From the sequence record NC_028881.1: a stretch of 64,000 nucleotides of DNA, one strand, 5' to 3'. Positions 8,896 through 17,735 of this stretch are shown here, piece by piece; within the stretch, counting starts at the first letter, position 1; every line of letters starts with the position of its first letter. A model generated the notes under the pieces. It had not been told where the DNA came from and did no database searches. It worked only from the letters and a program-made list of their open reading frames with translations. The translations under genes and the position numbers were made by a program. The DNA is from Escherichia phage vb_EcoM-VR5.

Positions 8896-10227
8896 TCAAA
8901 CGTAATAGGCATCAGTACGAGCACGAGTAATACTAACATAAGCTAGCTGTGAAGCTAAATTAACATCAGCCATGTGCATACATGGGGTATAGATGAAACT
9001 ATTCTGGACTGTGAGCCCCTGTGATTTATGAACAGTGCTCACTGGAAGAGCTCGAACCTTAGTAAACATTCTCTTAGCTTTCCAGAAATCAGCCCACTTA
9101 GGTTTCTTACCAGTTCCACGCATAGCCTTATACTCAGTAGCAACCTTAGCCAAGAAATAATGGAACTTCTCAACTGAAGCCTCATCGATAACCTTGATAT
9201 GCTCTACGTAATACTCGTCGTCTTCATCAATAGATTCAACCTGGAGGTCCCAGTAATTAACCATTTGGCGAGTGCCTACGTCCTTAGCAGACAAGAACAG
9301 TGAGGTGTGGTTCACATCCAGAATACGAACCATTTGACCGTTATTAAAAATGGTTTCAGAGAATTTCTTACCATCGTATTCAAGTTCCTTCATAAAAGGC
9401 TCTTGCATCACAAGGATTTCACCCTTGATATAAGGTACATCAGTTTCGTAAAGCTTTTTACGGATAATGCTATTAAGCTTTTCAACCGATTTATTTGTAT
9501 AAGCAAACATCCTGTTCTCAAACAGTGCATCTGCATCTTTTACGATGGAAAAATAATTCATCATAAAATCTTTTAAAGCGGTTTGGGATTTAAAACCATG
9601 AACACCATGACCTTCGAATACACAATCTCTAAACCAGCCGCCATTACGGATTTCGGTAGCAACCTCAATGATAGGAGCATTACTACGCATCACTTCAGTC
9701 AGATGTAGCTGTTTAATTTTAGGATGTGTAAAGAATGGAGACAACTGAGGGCTTCCATCACTTCCGGGTTCTACAGGTTGTAACTGTGCTCGGTCACCAA
9801 TTCCTAGTACAGTGCACCATGGTGGAACCGAAGCTTCAATAATCTTAAACAACTTACCGTCAATCATTGAGCCTTCATCAACAACTAGAACATTACATTT
9901 GCTCAAGTCAGGAGCTTCGCGTTGTTCGAAGATATCCTGGTCTTCATATGTAGTCGGGTTAATCTTTAAGATTCGATGAATTGTCGATGCTTCTTGGCCT
10001 GCGAGTTTAGACAATACCTTTTTGGCTGCATGTGTAGGCGCAGTCAAAATAACTCCGAGTTCGCCATTCTTGACCAGGTGGTCAAGAATAAATTTAGTAA
10101 GGGTTGTTTTACCTGTACCGGCAGGACCATTCAATGTAATCCATTCACCCTTACGTCGTTTAATAGCTTCAATGATTTCTTTAAAGGCCGTCCTCTGGCC
10201 AATGTTCAAGTCTTCAAATGTAATCAT
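8896..10227 (-). CDS. dda: Dda DNA helicase (SF1B)
   Basis: 443-aa ORF; Walker A GPAGTGKTT; N-terminus matches my recollection of T4 Dda. Confidence 0.9.
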   Translation of the reverse strand: MITFEDLNIGQRTAFKEIIEAIKRRKGEWITLNGPAGTGKTTLTKFILDHLVKNGELGVILTAPTHAAKKVLSKLAGQEASTIHRILKINPTTYEDQDIFEQREAPDLSKCNVLVVDEGSMIDGKLFKIIEASVPPWCTVLGIGDRAQLQPVEPGSDGSPQLSPFFTHPKIKQLHLTEVMRSNAPIIEVATEIRNGGWFRDCVFEGHGVHGFKSQTALKDFMMNYFSIVKDADALFENRMFAYTNKSVEKLNSIIRKKLYETDVPYIKGEILVMQEPFMKELEYDGKKFSETIFNNGQMVRILDVNHTSLFLSAKDVGTRQMVNYWDLQVESIDEDDEYYVEHIKVIDEASVEKFHYFLAKVATEYKAMRGTGKKPKWADFWKAKRMFTKVRALPVSTVHKSQGLTVQNSFIYTPCMHMADVNLASQLAYVSITRARTDAYYV

Positions 10228-10523
10228 GCCAATTTTACTCGCTTAACATTAACAGTATCTAAAACCAATTTAAGTTCTCTTGCGCGGTCTTCTGTAGGGA
10301 ACACCGTTTTGGATTCACGCTTATCAAACCACCATTTTCTTGGAATGTACAAAGTTTCAATACGTCCCATACTTAAATATCTTTTTGTAGTGTATGAATA
10401 GTTGGCAAGTTCATAATCCGCGGCAGCCTTTGTGGTATACAAGGTAACCTTCCCATCATACTCCAATGGATGTTCAAATCCATCCTTATCTTTGTAAACC
10501 AATACATAAGCGTAGTACATCAC
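10224..10523 (-). CDS. hypothetical protein (99 aa)
   Basis: ORF, ATGA-coupled to dda. Confidence 0.6.
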   Translation of the reverse strand: MMYYAYVLVYKDKDGFEHPLEYDGKVTLYTTKAAADYELANYSYTTKRYLSMGRIETLYIPRKWWFDKRESKTVFPTEDRARELKLVLDTVNVKRVKLA

Positions 10524-10524
10524 A

Positions 10525-11268
10525 TTAACCTCTAATCAGTTTAAAAATTGACGCGTTCAGTGGAAGACCTTTTTTCAACTTCAATTTGTCAATAAAAGAA
10601 AGGTGTTCTAAACGCTCCAGACCTTGAATAATTTTATCATACATATCGTAACGCGTTTCTGCTTCAGACAATTTAAACTTGGCACGCCAATCAGGCCCAC
10701 CAATTAAAGATTTAAGACCTTTTTCCATTATACCGATCGAAGCGTTAGAACCATGGATACGAGCTTTAACTGCGATAACAGAAGGAGTTTTATCGGTAGC
10801 TCCTGATTTAATAAGTTCCTTAAGACGATTTTCACGTTTCTTAAGACCTTTTTGAGTATCTTTGATATTTTTAATGATTTTACGAATTTTATAATAATTA
10901 TCAGGAGTAACTTTAAAACTATTTGGCATTTTAGAACCGCCTGAAATACGAACTGCTAAACGGGTCTGAGCACGTTTCAATTCATCAAGAGATAAATCGG
11001 CCCGTAAGCCGTTATACTTAACTTTAACCGGGATTACATTACCCTCGACATACCCTAGGTCATTATTGAATCGTTCGAACGAGACTTTATCAAGAGTTGA
11101 GTTCTCATCAAAACGTTCCCCGGAATAAGCACAGAATTCCTGTCTCAAAAGATTAGCGATATACTTGCTAGTCAGATTGAAATCCTTACCTCGGCGCTTA
11201 GCAGAAGTTTTGGTGTGCTCGCGGCGTTTGTAAACTTTTAACGCAAACTCTTCTTTTGATAAGTTCAT
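10525..11268 (-). CDS. hypothetical protein (247 aa), in the position of T4 srd
   Basis: ORF; size and synteny (dda ... modA) match T4 srd; no motif check possible. Confidence 0.6.
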   Translation of the reverse strand: MNLSKEEFALKVYKRREHTKTSAKRRGKDFNLTSKYIANLLRQEFCAYSGERFDENSTLDKVSFERFNNDLGYVEGNVIPVKVKYNGLRADLSLDELKRAQTRLAVRISGGSKMPNSFKVTPDNYYKIRKIIKNIKDTQKGLKKRENRLKELIKSGATDKTPSVIAVKARIHGSNASIGIMEKGLKSLIGGPDWRAKFKLSEAETRYDMYDKIIQGLERLEHLSFIDKLKLKKGLPLNASIFKLIRG

Positions 11269-11300
11269 GATATTTTTCTCATCTTACGGACGATTAGCTG

Positions 11301-11337
11301 ACAGGTCTATAGTATCACGTTACTCTATAAAGTAAAT
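11301..11337 (-). promoter_or_regulatory. early promoter family member
   Basis: TGATACTATAGACCTGTCAGC core. Confidence 0.45.
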
Positions 11338-11406
11338 ACTTTTTTGCTTTAAATTTTCAATGGTATAATGAATCAAGGACTTTGCCTTTCAATTAAACCA
11401 GGTAGT

Positions 11407-12021
11407 TCAGTAAGAAAGAACGGAAAGATTCCATAATGTATAATCCTGCCATCCATAAACACTCTCAATAGAGTCTACGCGTAGCGTAGTTCCCGCAGGG
11501 AACATCATCTCATCTTCATCGTTTACTAATTGTAAGTTTGTAGCGCGTGTTATTTCAGGAAATAATCCGTTGAACTCTTCAGGTGGGGCAGCACAAATCA
11601 TTTTAAAGATTGCTTCCTGGTAATCGAATGCAAAAGGTGCATCATTAATACAGAAAATATTTTTAGTTCCGTAAAAATTATATGAAGCAAAGTTACGGGC
11701 CACCTTAAAATCCTTTGAAAAGCTCATTACTCGGTCGAATTCAATTGTAGCACCAACACATCCTACCGATTCAAGGTATTTCAGCGTTTTCTTTGAAATA
11801 CCGCGATACAACTTATCAGGCACTACAGAAGTCAGATTCTTACGAATAATTTTGTTCAAAGTTTCTTGAATAGAATCCGGTTTATTTTCCATGCACTGCC
11901 ACAGGACGCTTTGTTCTTCGTCAGTAAAACGCTCATTAATTTCACCCTGAGCATTATCACGAAAATCATCACATACAATATTATCGTAGAACTCGTTCAT
12001 TTTATAAGTGGTGTATAACAT
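11407..12021 (-). CDS. modA: ADP-ribosyltransferase, ModA-like
   Basis: 204-aa ORF; R-S-ExE motifs (LYRGI, SFS, EDE); tandem paralog of next gene; RBS GAGGAG. Confidence 0.7.
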   Translation of the reverse strand: MLYTTYKMNEFYDNIVCDDFRDNAQGEINERFTDEEQSVLWQCMENKPDSIQETLNKIIRKNLTSVVPDKLYRGISKKTLKYLESVGCVGATIEFDRVMSFSKDFKVARNFASYNFYGTKNIFCINDAPFAFDYQEAIFKMICAAPPEEFNGLFPEITRATNLQLVNDEDEMMFPAGTTLRVDSIESVYGWQDYTLWNLSVLSY

Positions 12022-12034
12022 ATTATTCTCCTCA

Positions 12035-12076
12035 GTTGATAGAAAGATAGTAACACGAGCCTCCTTTCTCGTAAAC
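12035..12076 (-). promoter_or_regulatory. early promoter family member upstream of modA
   Basis: GTTTAC...TTACTATCTTTCTATCAAC. Confidence 0.5.
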
Positions 12077-12645
12077 TAAAAATCCAACATTTTTAAATGA
12101 ATTGTTTTGTACTCGATTTCGTATGGGTCTCTTTTGATAGTTTCGATTTCTACAATCTCGAACCGTGATAGACTAGAGACCATGAATTCACATTCAGTTT
12201 CAACCATATCATAGAGGTCAATACGGGTTTCATCTATTTCAAGCCCATCCACGTTCCCTGCAAGAACAAGGTCAATAGCGTGATTATAGTAGTCAAAAAT
12301 GAAAGGTGCATTCCTGAGACTTAAGATGGTTTTGGTCCCGTACTCCCAAGCCCCTGCGAACTGACGAGCTTGGGAATATTGAGTACTAAAAGAAGTGACC
12401 CGACCTGGAGACCACTGACACCCAACAGAAAGAACTTCAAGTTGTTCAAGTTCTCTAGGGGTAATCCCACGATAAAGCTCTACCGGAACTGCTGAAGTAA
12501 CATGCTTACGAACTAGTTTGTCTAGGTCGTAATGGAAGTTAGGGTCTTTTTTGGCATCTAGACATTTTTCTAAGATGGCCTGTTCTGATTTTGAGAATTT
12601 GGAATTGATTCTGTCTTGATAAAGACATTTTTGCTCGATGTTCAT
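12076..12645 (-). CDS. modB: ADP-ribosyltransferase, ModB-like
   Basis: 189-aa ORF; LYRGI, SFS, ETECE motifs; RBS GGAGG. Confidence 0.7.
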   Translation of the reverse strand: MNIEQKCLYQDRINSKFSKSEQAILEKCLDAKKDPNFHYDLDKLVRKHVTSAVPVELYRGITPRELEQLEVLSVGCQWSPGRVTSFSTQYSQARQFAGAWEYGTKTILSLRNAPFIFDYYNHAIDLVLAGNVDGLEIDETRIDLYDMVETECEFMVSSLSRFEIVEIETIKRDPYEIEYKTIHLKMLDF

Positions 12646-12654
12646 ATGACCTCC

Positions 12655-12699
12655 GGTGATTTAGAGGTCATTATAACATGAAGAGAAGGGATGTAAAAC
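12655..12699 (-). promoter_or_regulatory. early promoter variant upstream of modB
   Basis: -10 TATAAT followed by GACCTCTAAATCAC. Confidence 0.45.
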
Positions 12700-12888
12700 T
12701 TATTTTACCCAAGGTGCCCAGGGTGGAGGGTCTTGATAGTAAGAAGCAAGGTCGCTCAGGACCTCTTTAGGCAACTTAAAACCGTGCTTCTGTATAATCA
12801 TATCAAGTTCATTAACAAGGTCAATAGGCGGCTCCTGAGTTGTTTCAGGCTCAGGGTCCGGGATGACAAACATATCAAATAAATCCAT
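12700..12888 (-). CDS. hypothetical protein (62 aa)
   Basis: ORF in operon. Confidence 0.5.
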   Translation of the reverse strand: MDLFDMFVIPDPEPETTQEPPIDLVNELDMIIQKHGFKLPKEVLSDLASYYQDPPPWAPWVK

Positions 12889-13379
12889 TAGTAACCACCG
12901 ATAGGACCATAACCGTACATACGACCTCGTAGCTTAGCATCGCGAATAGCTTCTTCAGTAGGTGTAAAGCGCAAACCTATATCAAAGTGTTTCCAAATCT
13001 GACATTCTACTTCCGTAAGGTCTTCGATGGTAGAAATCAAATACGTACGGCCTTTAAGTCGTTCATTAGACATTCTATCAGTATCTTTATAGAAAATATC
13101 CATTGTTCCTTCGGCAAACGCGTCTGCTGGATAACGATACCCTTTGATATGCAACGCTTGAGACACACTAAAAGGACAGCCCTCAGCTACAGCAACGTTT
13201 TTGTTATGATACGCCTTCATCATGATGTTTTCTGGTAGCTTAATAGCCTTTAACCTTTTTTCCAAATCAGCAATAGAATTCATACCGTTGTCAACAAAGA
13301 TAAGACACGCCGTAGCATCATAAGGTCGTGTTTGGCCTGATGAATCACGTACATGGAATTCGAGTTCATAGACTTTCAT
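12888..13379 (-). CDS. hypothetical protein (163 aa; T4 mrh region)
   Basis: ORF with RBS GAGGAAA. Confidence 0.6.
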   Translation of the reverse strand: MKVYELEFHVRDSSGQTRPYDATACLIFVDNGMNSIADLEKRLKAIKLPENIMMKAYHNKNVAVAEGCPFSVSQALHIKGYRYPADAFAEGTMDIFYKDTDRMSNERLKGRTYLISTIEDLTEVECQIWKHFDIGLRFTPTEEAIRDAKLRGRMYGYGPIGGY

Positions 13380-13533
13380 TATGTTTTCCTCTTCTTAGTT
13401 TACCTACTAAAGGGCCATCCGGAATTTTATTTTCCTGGATGTATTTCTCGTTTTCTTCCATCATTTTACTGCCAATTTTAAGAAGCAAATCCAGCGCCTC
13501 TTTAGCATGTGCTTCAGCTTCTTCAGTAGTCAT
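13366..13533 (-). CDS. small hypothetical protein (55 aa)
   Basis: hand-translated [18 protein letters not shown]...; ATGA overlap with upstream ORF stop; SD GGGGA. Confidence 0.4.
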   Translation of the reverse strand: MTTEEAEAHAKEALDLLLKIGSKMMEENEKYIQENKIPDGPLVGKLRRGKHNESL

Positions 13534-13733
13534 GATTTATCCCCATAGATATCACGCATCAACTTAAGGGTGGAACGTTCAATACGTTTTTCGCGTTCAG
13601 CTTGAATACCATTAGCAGCCCATTCTTCAGCTTCGTTCTGCATTTCTTTGTTTACTTGGTCAACCCAACCATCGTCGATATACATACCACTCGGACGGTC
13701 TAACCAATCTTTAAGCCATGATAAAGGTTTCAT
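13530..13733 (-). CDS. hypothetical protein (67 aa)
   Basis: ORF. Confidence 0.5.
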   Translation of the reverse strand: MKPLSWLKDWLDRPSGMYIDDGWVDQVNKEMQNEAEEWAANGIQAEREKRIERSTLKLMRDIYGDKS

Positions 13734-14074
13734 TAATCACACGAGCCTGACGAAGAGTCACAGCTTCCTGAATCGTAAGAGGAATAAGATGAATCACCGG
13801 TCCATGAACTAGCGACAATTGCCGTAGTCACGATGGTAGAAGTATCCAAATCACTTCGGTTTCGCCGTTCATCTAAACGCATCCGTTCTAGACGCTCTTT
13901 TAATTTTTCTGAATTCAATGGAAGAGCATCATGCCCACGAACCCAGTCAGTAGGGCGAATAACTTCTTCCATCATACCATCGCCCATATAGACGTATTCC
14001 TTTTTAGGCGTGTTGATAGGAACCATACCTTGACCTGGGCTGGAAGCAAATAACTCTTTGAGCCACTTAAACAT
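13733..14074 (-). CDS. hypothetical protein (113 aa)
   Basis: ORF. Confidence 0.55.
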   Translation of the reverse strand: MFKWLKELFASSPGQGMVPINTPKKEYVYMGDGMMEEVIRPTDWVRGHDALPLNSEKLKERLERMRLDERRNRSDLDTSTIVTTAIVASSWTGDSSYSSYDSGSCDSSSGSCD

Positions 14075-14292
14075 TATAAGAACCCTCTTACAAATGCAAC
14101 TTTAAGATGTGGTTCGTCTTCGAAATCACTACGGATTTCAGCATTAAACTCAACAGAACCGTCAGCGTGCATCATGAACGAATGCACAACAACTTCAGCA
14201 TACCATAGTTGAAGACCATATTTCTGTATAACCTGACGAGCAATAACTTCATCTAGACCTTTATTAGGTTTAATCCAACGATTTAACATCAT
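14074..14292 (-). CDS. hypothetical protein (72 aa; ATG start with RBS GAGGAG)
   Basis: ORF; track start is a GTG extension. Confidence 0.5.
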   Translation of the reverse strand: MMLNRWIKPNKGLDEVIARQVIQKYGLQLWYAEVVVHSFMMHADGSVEFNAEIRSDFEDEPHLKVAFVRGFL

Positions 14293-14300
14293 GTTCTCCT

Positions 14301-14345
14301 CTATAAGATAAGACCATCTTAACACAGTCTACTAAGAAAGTAAAC
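14301..14345 (-). promoter_or_regulatory. early promoter family member
   Basis: GTTTAC, 18 nt, TAAGAT. Confidence 0.45.
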
Positions 14346-14349
14346 CAGT

Positions 14350-14380
14350 AAAACGAAAAAAGGAATCCCGAAGGATTCCT
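14350..14380 (-). terminator. rho-independent terminator downstream of soc
   Basis: aggaatcc-ttcg-ggattcct + TTTTTTCGTTTT. Confidence 0.65.
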
Positions 14381-14385
14381 TATAA

Positions 14386-14619
14386 TTAAACAATATCAGT
14401 AGGCGTAAACATTGCCTCGTTTTTGGTCTTCCAGTCAGCAGCATCAGTCACTACAGTTGAGTAGGCCGCTACCGCCGAAGGGAAAGTCTGATAATGAGCA
14501 TTAGCAATACGATGTGCATTAGAATAGATTTCAAACGGAACAGAAACCTCGGTACCTTTAACTTCTTTACCTACACCAGCTGCATGCGTGAAGGTTTTAA
14601 TATTAACGAAACCACCCAT
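14386..14619 (-). CDS. soc: small outer capsid protein
   Basis: 77-aa ORF; GFVNIKTF...HYQTFPS..AAYSTV matches my recollection of T4 Soc; TATAAATA late promoter upstream; terminator downstream. Confidence 0.85.
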   Translation of the reverse strand: MGGFVNIKTFTHAAGVGKEVKGTEVSVPFEIYSNAHRIANAHYQTFPSAVAAYSTVVTDAADWKTKNEAMFTPTDIV

Positions 14620-14650
14620 AATAAACTCCTTTGTTGTTTAATTACAGGTG

Positions 14651-14658
14651 TATTTATA
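14651..14658 (-). promoter_or_regulatory. late promoter TATAAATA upstream of soc
   Basis: exact TATAAATA on minus strand about 30 nt before soc ATG. Confidence 0.5.
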
Positions 14659-14661
14659 TCA

Positions 14662-15183
14662 TTAATAACCTCGGTCCTGACGAGCAAAGTTCTCGGCATT
14701 TTTCAGGTAATACAGTTTAAAGATTTCTTCAGCAGTAAGTCCAAGACCCTGGAACATGTTCAGAACGAAATGGAGAATATCAATCATTTCAAATTTAATT
14801 TCGAGCTGGTCTTCAGGAGAGAGTTCGTCGATACGACGATTACGGAATTCAGCATGCTGAGCTTTCCAAGGCTTCCAGCAACTTGAAGCAGCTTTCTCAC
14901 CATTGCTCATACCACCAAGAGAAGTCAGAAGTTCACGGAATTCATCATCAATATAATCTTTCTGATTACGCAGCCAATCAACAACTTCACCTGCAGTAGC
15001 CAAATCATCAGGGTGACGGTTATATTCAGGTTTATCTTTAGCCAAACGGACCTGTAAAGATTTCTGCATATCAAGCATAACCTGCAGTGGGTCTTTATCT
15101 TCGTGAATCAAGGCATTAAAATAAGCTTCCTCAGCTTTATCAACGCCAGCAATCAAACCACTACACTCATTAAAATGTGCCAT
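14662..15183 (-). CDS. 56: dCTP pyrophosphatase (gp56, MazG-like)
   Basis: 173-aa ORF; size and position as T4 gene 56; RBS AGGAAA. Confidence 0.8.
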   Translation of the reverse strand: MAHFNECSGLIAGVDKAEEAYFNALIHEDKDPLQVMLDMQKSLQVRLAKDKPEYNRHPDDLATAGEVVDWLRNQKDYIDDEFRELLTSLGGMSNGEKAASSCWKPWKAQHAEFRNRRIDELSPEDQLEIKFEMIDILHFVLNMFQGLGLTAEEIFKLYYLKNAENFARQDRGY

Positions 15184-15187
15184 TATA

Positions 15188-15844
15188 TTATTTCCTATTA
15201 AAGTTTTCTATCATTCGTCGATAACAAATATCAGGATATCCATTATCGACAGCTATTTTATTAAATTTGGTGCGTTTAGGTTTATTATTATAAACCCATA
15301 ATTCATAAAGCGCATCATAACTATCCCATATTTCTCCTCGCCTAGGATTTGGTAAACCGTATCGAGGTGAATTTTTACCGCTAAATCTTCCTTTTCGAGC
15401 TTTACTCATATTAGCCTTGGCTTCATCGGATATAATTTTATCTTTATGAGCTAGACGCATTTTGGCTTTAGTTTCTTCTGGGGTCTTTTTGCCTTTAATC
15501 CATGACGGCTTGCCATATCTAGGATTATTTTCACCTGTAACTAATAGTGAATTATTTTCCCTTAATGATGCTATAGTTCTGCTAGTTAATTTAACTCCTT
15601 TATTATATCTCATTAAATTAACGGCATGATGCAGACCTTTTACTTCAGGATACATTTTTGTTAAAAGCCTATGGGCTATAAAGTGCTCTCTTGGTAATAA
15701 AGCCACCAAATTATTTTTATCATCGGAACCATTCATACATTTGGGTACAATATGGTGTTCTTCTGTATAATATGGTAAGGACCGCTTGGTACCTCTTAAT
15801 TTTCCATTAGATATTAATTCATTGTATATTTTTTCATAGTTCAT
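15188..15844 (-). CDS. HNH homing endonuclease (freestanding, Mob-like) with NUMOD-type C-terminal DNA-binding repeats
   Basis: 218-aa ORF; HNH motif EEHHIVPKCMNG...NLVALLPREHFIAH; AT-rich; no SD upstream. Confidence 0.8.
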   Translation of the reverse strand: MNYEKIYNELISNGKLRGTKRSLPYYTEEHHIVPKCMNGSDDKNNLVALLPREHFIAHRLLTKMYPEVKGLHHAVNLMRYNKGVKLTSRTIASLRENNSLLVTGENNPRYGKPSWIKGKKTPEETKAKMRLAHKDKIISDEAKANMSKARKGRFSGKNSPRYGLPNPRRGEIWDSYDALYELWVYNNKPKRTKFNKIAVDNGYPDICYRRMIENFNRK

Positions 15845-15904
15845 GGGATAATTATAAACTGTTTAGATTAAAGCGAATAAATATTAATTTAACAGGAGGA
15901 TAAC

Positions 15905-16105
15905 ATGGGCAGTATTTTTTATCAAATCTGGAAATTGGCCGAAAAGAAAGACAAGAAAATGATGTTAGGTTTTCTTGCGCTAGACGTATTCCTTTGGAAT
16001 CTTTTAGTAGTCCCTGTAGCCGCTAGCCAAGGTGTAGTTTTACCAGCGGTTACAATGGAGCACGTGTTAAGCATAATTGGATTCTTTAGCGGAATTCCTG
16101 CCTAA
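15905..16105 (+). CDS. small hydrophobic membrane protein (66 aa), only plus-strand gene with expression signals
   Basis: ORF with strong SD AGGAGG 5 nt before ATG; late-promoter-like GAATAAATA upstream; convergent with gene 61. Confidence 0.5.
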   Translation: MGSIFYQIWKLAEKKDKKMMLGFLALDVFLWNLLVVPVAASQGVVLPAVTMEHVLSIIGFFSGIPA

Positions 16106-17130
16106 ATCTTGGAATATTTTGAAAGTCGCATTTTTGCCATTAAACCTTGTGCGATATTCTCTTTCATATAAGAAAGGACATCGTTTATATTGGCTTTATC
16201 TTTCATAACCATATCATTTATATCTTTAGAAGGCCATGGAGCCTTGTCCCAGAATAGAACCCTTTCACCGGCATCAACTAGACGTTGCATACGCTTAATT
16301 GTGTCAGGATGACGGGGTTCATTGTCCATTACCCATGCTCTTGTTTCTTTACATGGAACTATTGATAAGTCTAACGACCCACCAGTAATTGCTATTGCAT
16401 TAGGTACAAATAATGAATCTATAGGACCTTCCATTACCCACACCAACTGGCGTTCATCTATCGTATCCATTCCATATATTTTTGTAGCTTGGTCGTGAGC
16501 TTTAATTGTAATATATTTTTGCGGGGCATCTTTACGTAAAGCTCGACCCTGAAAGCTTTCAATTTGTTTATCCTTATTAAAAATAGGAATAACCAAACGA
16601 GGCTCAGGTATTTCTTTAGAATAGGTTCCTGGATTCACTGAGTTAACCAGCGCCGGCCACTCTTTCGTAAACCATAGTCTATTCCATTTGTTTTCGGGGA
16701 TGCATCGCAGAGTTACATATTTGATAATAGGATGGTCTTTAGGCATTCTATCTAATCGTTCACAGAAATTAAGCTTTTCGATGACAGGCATCTTAGCTTT
16801 AATTTTTTCAGATATCTCCACCTTAGGTGTAGCTTGTCTCCCGAACGATTGCTCTTTATGTTTCTCAAGAATATATTCTCGATATAAATCTGGCTCATAT
16901 TCGTATAGATACTTCTTAATTCCTGCTGAATAGTCACAATTAAAACAATGCAACATAATAGAACCATCGTTAGCCGGGTAAGCCCAAAATCGAGCTTTGT
17001 TCTCATCTTTTTGTGAGTCACCACATACACGACAACGACAGTTTAATTTAAAATCACTACCGGTTACTTGTCTGAATTTAGGTTGGTAATTCAAGGCACG
17101 TACAGCAAATTCTTTATCGACATATGACAT
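16102..17130 (-). CDS. 61: DNA primase (gp61)
   Basis: 342-aa ORF; zinc-binding CxxC...CxxC and TOPRIM region; length as T4 gp61. Confidence 0.9.
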   Translation of the reverse strand: MSYVDKEFAVRALNYQPKFRQVTGSDFKLNCRCRVCGDSQKDENKARFWAYPANDGSIMLHCFNCDYSAGIKKYLYEYEPDLYREYILEKHKEQSFGRQATPKVEISEKIKAKMPVIEKLNFCERLDRMPKDHPIIKYVTLRCIPENKWNRLWFTKEWPALVNSVNPGTYSKEIPEPRLVIPIFNKDKQIESFQGRALRKDAPQKYITIKAHDQATKIYGMDTIDERQLVWVMEGPIDSLFVPNAIAITGGSLDLSIVPCKETRAWVMDNEPRHPDTIKRMQRLVDAGERVLFWDKAPWPSKDINDMVMKDKANINDVLSYMKENIAQGLMAKMRLSKYSKI

Positions 17131-17141
17131 TATTTTTCCTT

Positions 17142-17168
17142 GGGCTCTAAATTAATAGAGCCATTATA
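17142..17168 (-). promoter_or_regulatory. extended -10 promoter (TGATATAAT) with adjacent hairpin upstream of gene 61
   Basis: -10 plus ggctcta/tagagcc stem. Confidence 0.4.
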
Positions 17169-17330
17169 TCATTCGTTTTTGGATTTTTCTTTACGCTTTT
17201 TAGATGGGATTTGTTCAGGCCCTTTGTTGACGACTGCGCCTGAGGTAGTTCCGGAGGCAATATTAGATGGATTTCCACCCGCATCACCGGCGACCATATC
17301 TTCGTTCACGAACTCTTTATATGTTTTCAT
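17169..17330 (-). CDS. small late protein with internal-protein-like capsid targeting sequence (53 aa)
   Basis: hand-translated MKTYKEFVNEDMVAGDAGGNPSN...KKRKEKSKNE; N-terminus like ipII/ipIII MKTY(Q/K)EFI; perfect TATAAATA plus SD AGGAG upstream. Confidence 0.55.
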   Translation of the reverse strand: MKTYKEFVNEDMVAGDAGGNPSNIASGTTSGAVVNKGPEQIPSKKRKEKSKNE

Positions 17331-17343
17331 AGGCTCCTGGCCT

Positions 17344-17351
17344 TATTTATA
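17344..17351 (-). promoter_or_regulatory. late promoter TATAAATA upstream of CTS small ORF
   Basis: exact TATAAATA followed by SD AGGAG and ATG. Confidence 0.5.
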
Positions 17352-17538
17352 TTACAAAGATTGCTTTGTCACCATTTGCATCAGTGACTTCATAAGTATC
17401 TTCGTGGTACAGTGGGATAATCCAAGTTACACCGTCACAGGCTATAACATGGATAGCTTCTTGGTCTTTTGATACGATTTCATATTCTTCGAACAGTTCG
17501 AATACAGAAATCTTAGAGCCCGTACACATTGCAGTCAT
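17347..17538 (-). CDS. hypothetical protein (63 aa)
   Basis: ORF. Confidence 0.45.
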   Translation of the reverse strand: MTAMCTGSKISVFELFEEYEIVSKDQEAIHVIACDGVTWIIPLYHEDTYEVTDANGDKAIFVI

Positions 17539-17734
17539 ATTGTTCCCTTCTTTTAATCAGATGACGGTGGGCCTTTTTAAGCTTACGAATCTGTCTTTTA
17601 GTAGGACGCGCAACGTAAGCTTGTGTAGTTACTCGTCCGAAAACTCCATACTTGGGAGACGGAGTATCAATGAAGACTTCCCATTGACAAGAGTAACCGT
17701 ATATTGCTTTAGAGAATTGAGTTAAGACAAACAT
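17513..17734 (-). CDS. hypothetical protein (73 aa)
   Basis: ORF. Confidence 0.5.
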   Translation of the reverse strand: MFVLTQFSKAIYGYSCQWEVFIDTPSPKYGVFGRVTTQAYVARPTKRQIRKLKKAHRHLIKRREQYDCNVYGL

Positions 17735-17735
17735 A

